64,000 bases of DNA from Desulfomonilia bacterium (lineage in GTDB: Bacteria; Desulfobacterota; Desulfomonilia; UBA1062). The stretch's first letter is position 1. Each line of letters opens with the position of its first letter. A program made the position numbers and the translations under genes. Where the stretch lies: the NCBI GenBank assembly GCA_050014195.1, contig JBEKDT010000002.1, positions 123,775-187,774 of the forward strand, written 5' to 3'. Positions 28,403-37,464 of this stretch are shown one piece after another. The notes below the pieces were generated by a model, which was given only the letters and a program-made list of their open reading frames with translations, was not told where the DNA came from and ran no database searches.

Positions 28403-29791
28403 TCAGTTTCTCGGCTTCAGTCTGCGGTCAAGGAGGACCTTCAGGGTAAAGATGGCGCCCGGGTCGGCCTGGCGTACCACATCGATATCTCCATGTATCT
28501 TTACCATGGCTATGCGTGCCTCAGTCAGGCCAAGGCCCGTTTTCATCGGGTCAGTGGAATAAAACGGCGCGTAGATGGTCTGTGCCTTGTCACGAACCCC
28601 CGGCCCGAAATCTCGAACAGATATCATTGCAAAGCTTTTATCACAGGATATATCGATGATAACTTCATGAGTGCCTGTTTCTATCGCATTTTGAAGTATC
28701 CTGCTGAACGCGATGCGTACGTGTTCGGTGTCACAGAAGGCATGGATGTCTTTCGGTGCGTTTATCCTGACAGGGATCGGCGGAGCAAAAGCCGATACGG
28801 CCTGGCAAATGAGCTTGCATACATCCACCTGGCTGCAGGAGGGCTCCATCCGCACCAGCATTTCATACTGCTCAATGCGGGTAATCATGTCTTCTATTCG
28901 CCGGATTGAGGAATAGATACCGGAAAGGGCCTGCTCCCATTTTCTGGTCTTTTCACCCTTTTCACGCTCCAGTCGTTTGATATATGCCCCGATGATGGTT
29001 AATGGGTTGCGTAATTCATGGGATAATCCATTGATCATCTGGCTCAAATCATTTGCCTGAATGGTGAGTCTGCGTTGCATGGCCCGAATATCGGTGATAT
29101 CCCTGCCAATGACCGATAGTGCATAGATTTGCCCTTCTTCCTCCAATGGCGTGCTCAGGAGTGAAAAGATTCCGGTCCTCCCGCTTAAAAGGAGCATCCT
29201 CACTTCCGATCGAACAGGGACATTGTTGATATAACCTTTCTCAAGCATGGTTTTAAGGTATTGGCGATCCTCCTCCACAACAAAGTCGGCAAACGATCTG
29301 CCCATGATTGATGCACCTGTTCCTTGGAGATACTTCTTAAATGTATCATTGCAGAACATTATCTTCCCAGCGGGCCCCAGGATAAATATGAGGTCGTTGG
29401 CGTTTTTAATGATGGCATTGTGCCGTTTGCTGTCGCGAAGGATCAATCTCTGCTTTTCCTTGATGGTAAGATCTTTCTCATTCAGCGACTCGATGAGCAT
29501 ATCGCCTACCTCAAAAGATTCCCTCATTTCATTATGCAGTGTTGCCATAGCCCGTATAACTGAAGCGTCCTTCGGGATTACCCCCATGATCGCTAAAGGC
29601 ATCCTATTCGGACTTTTGCCATTATGTACCAGATAGATGCGGCGGGAGCCGGTATTCTTTCCCTTCACCGCCTTGGGGTCATCGATAAAAAGCAGGCAGC
29701 CGTCCTTTGTGTCTTCAAGTGCATGAACATGATGAACATCAGAACCTTCAGGAGGGGACGAGTTTCCAAGCCAATAGGCATCCATAGGCAC
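28403..29791 (-). CDS. cytoplasmic PAS-domain sensor histidine kinase (orphan)
   Basis: 462 aa. GTG start (ATG two codons later at 29785). Unrecognised N-terminal domain of about 130 aa, then a PAS domain, H-box LSHELRNPLTII and HATPase (RDFGPGV, GLGLT). No adjacent response regulator. Confidence 0.8.
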   Translation of the reverse strand: MPMDAYWLGNSSPPEGSDVHHVHALEDTKDGCLLFIDDPKAVKGKNTGSRRIYLVHNGKSPNRMPLAIMGVIPKDASVIRAMATLHNEMRESFEVGDMLIESLNEKDLTIKEKQRLILRDSKRHNAIIKNANDLIFILGPAGKIMFCNDTFKKYLQGTGASIMGRSFADFVVEEDRQYLKTMLEKGYINNVPVRSEVRMLLLSGRTGIFSLLSTPLEEEGQIYALSVIGRDITDIRAMQRRLTIQANDLSQMINGLSHELRNPLTIIGAYIKRLEREKGEKTRKWEQALSGIYSSIRRIEDMITRIEQYEMLVRMEPSCSQVDVCKLICQAVSAFAPPIPVRINAPKDIHAFCDTEHVRIAFSRILQNAIETGTHEVIIDISCDKSFAMISVRDFGPGVRDKAQTIYAPFYSTDPMKTGLGLTEARIAMVKIHGDIDVVRQADPGAIFTLKVLLDRRLKPRN

Positions 29792-29872
29792 TCATTCGGA
29801 AAAACGGATCATTTTCTTTACGGGTCATACAGAGACGTTGCTTACGCATGCCCTTTCGGGTACAAAAAGATC

Positions 29873-30976
29873 ATGGCTTCAAAAAACCCACACATAGGTT
29901 TAGCGCTCGATAGTGGCGGGGCTATGGGTGGTGCCCATGTCGGTGTGCTGGAGGTACTTGATGAGAATTCCATTCCTCTCGACATCATCGTGGGCTCCAG
30001 CGCCGGCGCTGCAGTAGGTGCCTTCTACGCTGCAGGAAAGCTTCAAGATTTTAAAAGACTCATCACCGATCTCTCATTTATCCACTCACTGAGTTACTAT
30101 GTGGATCCTGTATTTCCAATCTCGGGTCTGCTGGCCGGCAGCCGGGCATACAAGTTCATACAATCTCTCGTGGGCGACGTACTTATCGAAGATCTGCCGA
30201 TTACCTTTATTGCCATAGCTACCGATCTGCTTACGGGAGAGACCGTTGCCATTGACAAGGGTCCTCTGGCGGATGGCGTAATGGCAAGCATAGCCATACC
30301 CGGCGTATTCAGGCCTGTAGTCCATATGGGACGCCTGCTCACTGATGGAGGGGTGTCAGACCCCTTGCCGCTCGATATCCTCAAGGCTCACTCGCCTGAT
30401 ATTTCTATTGCCTGCAATCTCCACCCGCATATGCCTTCTCGATACTCATCGAAGAAGAGACGGGACATCATCAAGGCTGAGCAGATGGCTTCTGCAGGCG
30501 AAGAAGACCTCGCATCAGGCATGATAGAACGAGTCGCAGGACTTCTCCGTACTCAGACCATACACACAGGCCTCAAACCTCTGGCCGAAAATATCCTCAA
30601 ACTCGTCAATATACCGCGCACGAAAAAGGCTTCAGAGATAGATCTTGCCAAGAGCCTAAAAGACCATCTCATTATAAGCAAGCAAAAACTCAACGAGATC
30701 ATCTCGAAGCCCTTCTTAACCATGGGTTCGGAGCAGAGACTCAACATCATAGAGATCCTCCTGAGCACCACTAATATCCAGCAGTACCAGAAAAACCGGC
30801 TCATGCTCAGGTATGAGCCCCCGGACATCCTGGTCGAACCGGATGTAGTAGACATCGGGGCTTTGGAGTTCACCAAAGGGGCCTCTGCCATAGGGGAAGG
30901 GAGAAATAAGGCACAAGATGCTATTCCTGAGATCCTCAGGATGATGAAAGAAAAAAGACTCTCTACTTTACGATAA
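29873..30976 (+). CDS. patatin-like phospholipase
   Basis: The track ORF starts at 29624 and overlaps the divergent kinase. ATG 29873 gives MASKNPHIGLALDSGGAMGGAHVG (oxyanion GGxxG), nucleophile GSSAG and catalytic DGG (LTDGGV). Confidence 0.85.
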   Translation: MASKNPHIGLALDSGGAMGGAHVGVLEVLDENSIPLDIIVGSSAGAAVGAFYAAGKLQDFKRLITDLSFIHSLSYYVDPVFPISGLLAGSRAYKFIQSLVGDVLIEDLPITFIAIATDLLTGETVAIDKGPLADGVMASIAIPGVFRPVVHMGRLLTDGGVSDPLPLDILKAHSPDISIACNLHPHMPSRYSSKKRRDIIKAEQMASAGEEDLASGMIERVAGLLRTQTIHTGLKPLAENILKLVNIPRTKKASEIDLAKSLKDHLIISKQKLNEIISKPFLTMGSEQRLNIIEILLSTTNIQQYQKNRLMLRYEPPDILVEPDVVDIGALEFTKGASAIGEGRNKAQDAIPEILRMMKEKRLSTLR

Positions 30977-31694
30977 GCAGGTTTGCCTGTTTGAGTCTTT
31001 GGGCAAGTGTTGTTATAATCTTGTTGGCGATCTCGGGGTTATCATTGAGGATACGTTCCAGACCGCCTTCCTGGACAGGGAGGACCTCAACGATACTCTT
31101 ACCCATGGAACGGATGGTGGCACTTCTCGGTTCGTTCAGGATGAAGCTCATCTCGCCGAAATACTCGCCGGGTTTGGTGATGACACCGATACGGACACCC
31201 TTCTTGAGGACCTCGAGCCCGCCTTCGGTCTGGAATAACTTATAGATCTCGATCCCACTGGTGCCTTCTTCGATGATTATCTGGCCGTCATCATATTCCT
31301 TCAGGTCGAGATTGATAGTCTCGCTGTAGGGGATATTGGCTTCGGCAATAGATGTGGTCTGTTCGAGCTGAAGGAAGGCCGATCGCATAACCATAGCGGC
31401 TAGTGCCGGCTTGGCGTAGGCAATCTCGTCGATGAGTTCAGCTTCATAGGCGGCTACGCGTGATGTTTTGGTGGCCTTGGCTGTAGTGGTGTATGGGATG
31501 CCCCGGTAATAATTTTCCAGACCGAAGACATCCCTGTCCGACAGGATGCGGATAGGCTTGTCGAGCTGATAGATCTGCACTTCGCCCTGGAGTATCGCAT
31601 AAAAGTACCGGCTCGGCTCGCCTTCACGTACGATAACCTCGCCCGTCCTGTATTCACGGACCTCCACGGACTCAATAGGTTTTTCATCGAGCAT
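30963..31694 (-). CDS. tandem cyclic-nucleotide-binding (CAP_ED) domain protein
   Basis: 243 aa with two cNMP-binding cassettes (FYAILQGEVQIY...VFGLE and GEYFGEMSFILNEPRSATIRS). No obvious output domain. Confidence 0.75.
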   Translation of the reverse strand: MLDEKPIESVEVREYRTGEVIVREGEPSRYFYAILQGEVQIYQLDKPIRILSDRDVFGLENYYRGIPYTTTAKATKTSRVAAYEAELIDEIAYAKPALAAMVMRSAFLQLEQTTSIAEANIPYSETINLDLKEYDDGQIIIEEGTSGIEIYKLFQTEGGLEVLKKGVRIGVITKPGEYFGEMSFILNEPRSATIRSMGKSIVEVLPVQEGGLERILNDNPEIANKIITTLAQRLKQANLLIVK

Positions 31695-31742
31695 ATCAGC
31701 CCTTTCGGCATCAGGGAGGGCAAACTTAAAGAATTACCTGAG

Positions 31743-32750
31743 CTATAATGACCAGTATTGTGAATGGGCCTTCATGATATCATCAAGTTCAGGAAAAGAC
31801 TTTTCCTCGATCTTCGGTGCAGACCCCCCCTTCATGACATCGATCACGGCCTTAACGGAATCCCGCAATGCATCAAAATTATACCCCCCCTCAAGCGCAT
31901 AGATAATAGGGGAATTCACGTCTTGAGCAGCATCCCGGATCAACCCGGCCAAAGCGCCGAAACCCTTGGAGCTGATCTCCATGCCTCCTATGGGGTCCAT
32001 GGCATGAGCGTCGAACCCTGCAGAAACGAGGATCAATCCTGGTTTGAAAGCCTTGATAATGGGAACCATTACACTTCGGTAAAGAGCGACCATCTCCCCG
32101 TCCCTCTTGCCGCCTCTTAAGGGACAGTTTACCGTATACCCTTGTGCACTTTTAGATCCTGTTTCGTTGAGTCTTCCTGTGCCGGGATAGAATGGATGCT
32201 GGTGAGATGAAAAATACAGGACATCTTTATTGCTATAAAAGCTTTCTTGGGTACCATTGCCGTGGTGTACATCAAAATCGATGATGATAACCCTGTCTAC
32301 TCCGAATGCTCTAATGGCCTTATTGGCGGCAATGGCTACATTATTGAAAATGCAGAAACCCATAGCCTCATCAGGGGTGGCATGATGGCCGGGGGGGCGA
32401 ATGCTTGCAAACCCGGAATCGATATCACCCGACAATGCCATACGGACCAGCTCGATCACCGAGCCTGCAGCATAAAGCGCTGTTTCATAGGAATCCTGTG
32501 AACACACCGTGTCAGGGTCAAGATCAACGTATCTATTGGACGAACATGAGCGCTTGACACTATCTATGTAAGATCGCTCATGGTTAAGCACAATGTCCTC
32601 AATGCTTGCCTGGACTGGGTCGATGATTGCAATATCTGGGTCTTTGCCGGCGAAAAGTGTATGGATATAATGTATCCTCATGGGGGCCTCTGGATGGTAC
32701 CCCCCTGTGTCATGACTCATGAAAAGTGGGTCCGAGACAACTCCTATCAT
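31743..32750 (-). CDS. histone deacetylase-family amidohydrolase (AcuC/acetylpolyamine-type)
   Basis: 335 aa. RPPGHHA, DFDVHHGNGTQ and GFDAH, plus the terminal EGGY motif. Confidence 0.88.
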   Translation of the reverse strand: MIGVVSDPLFMSHDTGGYHPEAPMRIHYIHTLFAGKDPDIAIIDPVQASIEDIVLNHERSYIDSVKRSCSSNRYVDLDPDTVCSQDSYETALYAAGSVIELVRMALSGDIDSGFASIRPPGHHATPDEAMGFCIFNNVAIAANKAIRAFGVDRVIIIDFDVHHGNGTQESFYSNKDVLYFSSHQHPFYPGTGRLNETGSKSAQGYTVNCPLRGGKRDGEMVALYRSVMVPIIKAFKPGLILVSAGFDAHAMDPIGGMEISSKGFGALAGLIRDAAQDVNSPIIYALEGGYNFDALRDSVKAVIDVMKGGSAPKIEEKSFPELDDIMKAHSQYWSL

Positions 32751-32757
32751 GGTATCC

Positions 32758-33120
32758 CTAGACGATGATATCGAGTGAATAAGATGATGATTCGAGAACG
32801 GCTGGGTATGATACGGCTTGTTTGAAGTCCCGAGCCGTCTCTATACGGCCATAGGTCAGCTCATGAATTACCGATGCATAGGAGATCATAGGATCCATAC
32901 CCAGTGTGGTGACCTCGGCCTTTTTCGATATGATCACCCGGGAAAGTGCTGCGGGAGGATTTGCTTTGCTAGGAATTGTTACGTCGATGCTCTTTGCGGA
33001 TTTGGACTTTTCCGATTCCCCCCAGTCGACCTTTACATACTTGAACTTAACGAAGGGAAGCTCAATTGCAATCCCTTTCATAGTGGGATAGCGGAAAAAT
33101 TGATCCTCGTAGGGCATCAT
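32758..33120 (-). CDS. hypothetical protein, first gene of the HDAC/cNMP operon
   Basis: 120 aa. It ends 7 nt before the HDAC ATG, in the same orientation. No family recognised. Confidence 0.45.
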   Translation of the reverse strand: MMPYEDQFFRYPTMKGIAIELPFVKFKYVKVDWGESEKSKSAKSIDVTIPSKANPPAALSRVIISKKAEVTTLGMDPMISYASVIHELTYGRIETARDFKQAVSYPAVLESSSYSLDIIV

Positions 33121-33237
33121 CCTTTAGTATAAGCATCATGAAGCCTATTTGCAAGTGTTAATTCAATATAATCATATTGAACATAAAACGTTATGATGTT
33201 ACCGTTATGTGTATCTCATCCTGAAGGAGGAACTGAT

Positions 33238-33972
33238 ATGAGGAGAGTTCTTAACTTGGCACTATGTCTTTGTGTATTTTCCCTATTACCACTGGCCCTG
33301 CTCGCTGAAGACTTCATGGCCGAGGGTAATGCACTCTTAGATAAGGGTAAGACGAGCTATGAGAGCTACAAACAGGCAGGTGACATGTTTGTAAAGGCCC
33401 TTGAGGCAGCCCCCAATAACTATGAGGCAGCCTGGAAGGCGTCTCGCTCATACAGGGAGTTTGCCAACGAATCCGAGAAACATAACACCCCAAACTGGAA
33501 GGCCACCTGTAAAGAATATGGCAAGATGGGCATGAAATATGGTGAGAAGGCCATAGCACTCAATCCAAACGGTGTTGAGGGTAATTTCTGGTATGGGTGT
33601 TCAGTAGGTAATTATTCTGATAGCGTGAGCGTTCTTACAGCCTTAAAAGAAGGCCTGAAAAACAAGACCCAGAACAGCTTCGAAAAATCCTACCAGATTA
33701 ATAAGATGTACACGGATGGCGGCCCCATGAAGGCCTTGGGCCGCTTCTGGTTCGTCCTGCCCTGGCCCATGCAAGACAAAAAACTCTCGGTGAAGTATCT
33801 CAGGGAATTCCAGAAATCCTTCCCTAACGACCCTGAGGGACAGGTGTTCTTGGCCGAGACCCTCATGAAAACCGGCGATAAAGACGAGGCTAAATCACTG
33901 CTTCAGAAGGCATCAATTTCCAACGACAAGTACTTTGCCGATTGGGCGAAACGGCTTCTTGCAGAAATGTAA
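33238..33972 (+). CDS. secreted TPR-like repeat protein
   Basis: ATG 33238 with GAAGGAGG 8 nt upstream. Signal peptide MRRVLNLALCLCVFSLLPLALLA. Helical-repeat sequence (AEGNALLDKG...FVKALEAAPNNYEAAWKASRSY). Confidence 0.7.
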   Translation: MRRVLNLALCLCVFSLLPLALLAEDFMAEGNALLDKGKTSYESYKQAGDMFVKALEAAPNNYEAAWKASRSYREFANESEKHNTPNWKATCKEYGKMGMKYGEKAIALNPNGVEGNFWYGCSVGNYSDSVSVLTALKEGLKNKTQNSFEKSYQINKMYTDGGPMKALGRFWFVLPWPMQDKKLSVKYLREFQKSFPNDPEGQVFLAETLMKTGDKDEAKSLLQKASISNDKYFADWAKRLLAEM

Positions 33973-33995
33973 CAGTGCCTTTGAAAATATAAGAT

Positions 33996-34033
33996 AAGGG
34001 CGCCCCTCTTACATGAGGGAGCGCCCTTTTTTT
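33996..34033 (+). terminator. intrinsic terminator (probably bidirectional) between convergent genes
   Basis: AAGGGCGCCCCTC-TTACAT-GAGGGAGCGCCCTT followed by TTTTT. Confidence 0.7.
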
Positions 34034-34050
34034 CATATGGCCGGTATCAG

Positions 34051-34416
34051 TTATAGGTCAGTATCAAAAGCCGATCTGCTCAGGGCAAGAAGTGATGCCT
34101 GGTCGAGCTTCCTCATAGTGCTGATGAGCTTTTTAATCTCTCGGTTGTCCTGATCCACGAACTCGATGCCCATCCCCTTCTCGGGCTCACAGCGGACTAC
34201 CTTACCTTCCACATCAATGACCCTTCCCACGTCAACCGCATCCAGGGTCATGCGTATGATATCGCCGCGTTCCAGGGTATGAGGAGTTTCAACGTATACA
34301 CCTCCGATGCTGATGTTTCTCACCGTGCCCTTCAGAACTTTTCTGTTAGAGTCCTGGTACCTGGCCTCGATCTTCAAAGGTTTCCTGGTATACTGCCTTT
34401 TGTCTTTTACTTTCAT
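34051..34416 (-). CDS. PilZ-domain protein
   Basis: 121 aa. RKPLKIEARYQD...GTVRNISIGGVYVET matches the RxxxR...D/NxSxxG c-di-GMP-binding signature. Confidence 0.8.
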   Translation of the reverse strand: MKVKDKRQYTRKPLKIEARYQDSNRKVLKGTVRNISIGGVYVETPHTLERGDIIRMTLDAVDVGRVIDVEGKVVRCEPEKGMGIEFVDQDNREIKKLISTMRKLDQASLLALSRSAFDTDL

Positions 34417-34635
34417 GCGTACACCTTTACCTGAATTCTATCATCACTTATGCTATTCGTCAGAACCCTTCCCATTCTTTAACAACATTTATTTATAAAA
34501 GAGTGACTAATGCAGTTTTTTCTCATTTCTAAAATCTGCTGGATTCGGATCTCTCATGATCCTACAGCCCTTGACTCTGTTGGAATTGGACATACCATCT
34601 AGATTAGTACCAGATCACCCACGGGGGACAATGCC

Positions 34636-35091
34636 ATGAAAGTCAAAGATATCATGACAAGCAAGGTAATAGCACTGACAAAAGATATGGGTATTGTAGA
34701 TGCTGCCAAGATCCTCATGGACAACCACATCAACGGCGCCCCGGTACTGGATAAAAAGGGGAAGCTTGTGGGTATCCTCTGCAGGGATGATCTTATATCT
34801 CAGCAGAAAAAGCTGCCCCTGCCTTCTTTCTTTATCATACTTGACGGCATTATCCCCCTCATCTCTTCCAAGCACGTAGAAAGAGAGATGGCTAAGATTG
34901 CGGCTACAAATGTGGAACATGCAATGTCTATCAAGCCCGTCACCGTAACCCCCGATACCGACATAGAGGTAGTTGCAAGTCTCATGGTGGATAAAAAGAT
35001 CCATACCATCCCGGTCATTGATTCAAACGGCATCCTAGCGGGCGTTGTTGGGAAGGAAGATGTATTGAAAACCCTGATCCCCAAAAAATAG
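34636..35091 (+). CDS. CBS-domain pair protein
   Basis: 151 aa. Two CBS repeats (VKDIMTSKVIAL...INGAPVLDKKGKLVGIL and AMSIKPVTVTPD...IHTIPVIDSNGILAGVV). Confidence 0.85.
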   Translation: MKVKDIMTSKVIALTKDMGIVDAAKILMDNHINGAPVLDKKGKLVGILCRDDLISQQKKLPLPSFFIILDGIIPLISSKHVEREMAKIAATNVEHAMSIKPVTVTPDTDIEVVASLMVDKKIHTIPVIDSNGILAGVVGKEDVLKTLIPKK

Positions 35092-35124
35092 ACGCCAGGC
35101 ATCAATCGCCGGGTGTCTTAAGAA

Positions 35125-36570
35125 TCATGCCCCTTCAACATAATCCCCATAGGCACTGTCGCTCCGCCTGAGACGTTTCTCAAAGTCCGTTCTTTGTTGT
35201 GCCGCCTCCTTCATGAGATGATATCCATATTGTCTGTGAGAGACTTCAAGGGCTCTTACCGCTTCTTCAGGAGATACGAATAACGGTATTTTGTACTTGT
35301 TCCGGTAGAGAATAGTCTTTTCTGCTGCATTGGGAGTGTAGATGGCTGCAGGCTTGCCGTATTCATGGCACTTCTTCACAAGCTCCATGATGGCCTCGAT
35401 GACCATTGGGTGCCACAGGCTGGGCACAGGAAGGAGCCCGTCAACCTCTTCAGACGACAGGAGGATATCGAAGATCTCCAGAAAGGTTTGCATGGACAGC
35501 GCAGGTCCGAGATCTATCGGATTCGAAACATTAAAAATCCGGCCGGTCCTTGAAAGACGCTCCTGGGTTTCAGGAGACAGCTTGGCCATCTCAAGGCCTG
35601 CCTGGACGAGCAGGTCTGCCGTAATCCCGCCGAAGGCCCCGGAGTTTGTAAACATGGCAATCCTCTTGCCCTTCAAGGGCGGCATGTGGGTAAATATTTT
35701 GGGCAGTGAATGCAGCTCGGAAATGGAATCGACCCGGATGACACCTGATTGTTTGCAGGCATTCTCGAAGATAAGATCATTGTTCGCCATACCTGCGGTG
35801 TGCGACTGGGCAGCACGGACACCCTCGGTGGTCCTGCCCACCTTGAAGGCGAGTATGGGTTTGTGGACTTTTTTCGCAATCTCCATGAATTTACGGCCAT
35901 CCTTGATATTCTCCAGGTACATGCAGATGACTTTGGTCTTTTCATCGGTGTTGAGGTATTCGATCATGTCCGCCTCATCGATATCGCTCTTGTTGCCGAT
36001 ACTCACGACCTTTGCAGCCTTGACCACCTCACTCATAAAGGACTCCAGCACGATCACCACAATCCCGCCGCTCTGGATAATATACGATATCTCACCGCTT
36101 TCCTGGATAAAGGTATCGAAGTTGTCCTTCTGTACACCGTAGAAGCAGCAGAACTTATTTTCGGTATTGAGCACACCCAGACAGTTGGGTCCCATAATGC
36201 GCATGCCGTAAGCACGCCTGATCTTATCGATCTCTTGTTGGAGGGTCTTGCCCATTTCTCCGCCCTCGGAGAACCCGGAGCTCTCGATGACGATCCGCTT
36301 GATCCCTCTCTCACCGCACTGCTTAACGAAACCCGGTACCACCTTGGCCGGGGCAATTACAATGGCAAGGTCCACATCGCCTGGGATATCCGTAACATCG
36401 GTGTACCCGGGGCATCCATACACTTCTTCTCCCTTGCGGTTTACTGCATAGACAGCACCTTGAAACGGTGAGAAATCATGGAGAGATCTGCAGATTGTTG
36501 CCCCGAGATTGAATGGTGAATTGGATGCCCCGATCACTACAACAGACGAGGGATTAAAAAACCTATTCAT
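35125..36570 (-). CDS. ADP-forming acyl-CoA synthetase alpha-type protein (CoA-binding + CoA-ligase domains, no ATP-grasp)
   Basis: 481 aa. FNPSSVVVIGAS, MGPNCLG, IIQSGG and SHTAGMA (phosphohistidine loop). RBS AGGAGG. Confidence 0.75.
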   Translation of the reverse strand: MNRFFNPSSVVVIGASNSPFNLGATICRSLHDFSPFQGAVYAVNRKGEEVYGCPGYTDVTDIPGDVDLAIVIAPAKVVPGFVKQCGERGIKRIVIESSGFSEGGEMGKTLQQEIDKIRRAYGMRIMGPNCLGVLNTENKFCCFYGVQKDNFDTFIQESGEISYIIQSGGIVVIVLESFMSEVVKAAKVVSIGNKSDIDEADMIEYLNTDEKTKVICMYLENIKDGRKFMEIAKKVHKPILAFKVGRTTEGVRAAQSHTAGMANNDLIFENACKQSGVIRVDSISELHSLPKIFTHMPPLKGKRIAMFTNSGAFGGITADLLVQAGLEMAKLSPETQERLSRTGRIFNVSNPIDLGPALSMQTFLEIFDILLSSEEVDGLLPVPSLWHPMVIEAIMELVKKCHEYGKPAAIYTPNAAEKTILYRNKYKIPLFVSPEEAVRALEVSHRQYGYHLMKEAAQQRTDFEKRLRRSDSAYGDYVEGA

Positions 36571-36640
36571 GGATGCGCCTCCTGTGGTTGTTTATGAGTT
36601 ATGACCTTATACAGATTATTTGATCAGATAATTTAAGCTG

Positions 36641-37168
36641 TTATGGTTCTCCTTTTCTCCTTTTTAGTTCAATTGTATACCTTTCTTTAAGCATCTGAAT
36701 CATATCCACGATAGTGGAATAGATGAACCTCCCGTCATCATCACTTAGATCCTCAACCTCGGGGCGTATCTGTTCGAGGTCCTCAAGCTGCTCATCTAAC
36801 GAGCTGATCTCCCGCTCGAACTGCTTGAACATCTCATCCCGCTGCAAGAAGCGAAAGAAAAAGGCCCTGGTGAGGAAATCCAGCTGATAGTCGATAGGTA
36901 CCGGTGGATCAGAAAGAGATTGATAAAATTTTTTCCTGCCCCTTTCGGTTAAGGAATAGACATGCATGTTGGGCTTACCCGTTTGAATAACCACATCCTT
37001 TTGTACAAGCCCCCCTGCCTCGAGCTTTCGCAGCGCCGGATAAATCTGGTTAAGACTTAAGTTGTAGGCCATCATGAGCTTGCCCGTGATGTTCTTGATC
37101 TTATATCCGCTCTTTGGGCCGGACATGAGCAAGCCAAGGATTACTTGATCGGTATCCATGCATGGCAC
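36641..37168 (-). CDS. PadR-family transcriptional regulator
   Basis: 175 aa. ILGLLMSGPKSGYKI...IYPALRKLEAGGLV winged-helix signature. GTG start at 37168, or ATG at 37159. Confidence 0.85.
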   Translation of the reverse strand: MPCMDTDQVILGLLMSGPKSGYKIKNITGKLMMAYNLSLNQIYPALRKLEAGGLVQKDVVIQTGKPNMHVYSLTERGRKKFYQSLSDPPVPIDYQLDFLTRAFFFRFLQRDEMFKQFEREISSLDEQLEDLEQIRPEVEDLSDDDGRFIYSTIVDMIQMLKERYTIELKRRKGEP

Positions 37169-37379
37169 CTGATGCTATTTTCTCTGAAGATAATTTCTGC
37201 CACCATATTGTATAATAAAACATCATAGTCTTAATCAGTTGTCAACACATTCTCTGTCAGTATGAGATCGGATTGTAAGACTATCTCAATTATCAGAAAG
37301 GTATTATGCTTTCCCCGAACATGACGAAAAGAATATTATCAACGAAGACTCCGCATCTGTGAGACTTCTCCATAGAAGA

Positions 37380-37412
37380 CCGGGCAGCAAAGTGCTGCCC
37401 GGTTTCGTTTTT
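37380..37412 (+). terminator. intrinsic terminator-like hairpin with its better U-tract on the plus strand
   Basis: CCGGGCAGC-AAAGT-GCTGCCCGG followed by TTTCGTTTTT. On the minus strand (downstream of ltaE) the trailing tract is only TCTTCT. Confidence 0.55.
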
Positions 37413-37464
37413 ATGTCAATCTTTTCGAGGTATAAAATTTAATCTTGTCCAAGGGAATAGTCCC

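Noticed and set aside
28028-28909. 293 aa plus-strand ORF
   Set aside because: It spans the antisense of an MBL hydrolase gene, an intergenic gap and the 3' end of a histidine kinase gene. It has no coherent domain content.
29873-31694. Patatin + cNMP-binding pair as a CBASS-type anti-phage system
   Set aside because: No CD-NTase or other nucleotide cyclase is present, the genes are convergent rather than co-transcribed, and the CAP_ED protein is not fused to the effector.
33121-33160. TTGCAA-N17-TATACT promoter that would make the 120 aa gene leaderless
   Set aside because: The hexamers are plausible, but this rests on a single weak pattern match. The start codon choice is itself uncertain.
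35342-36142. 266 aa plus-strand ORF, plus 35749-36471
   Set aside because: It is antisense to the acyl-CoA synthetase alpha-type gene. The product is Ser/Pro-rich with no motifs.
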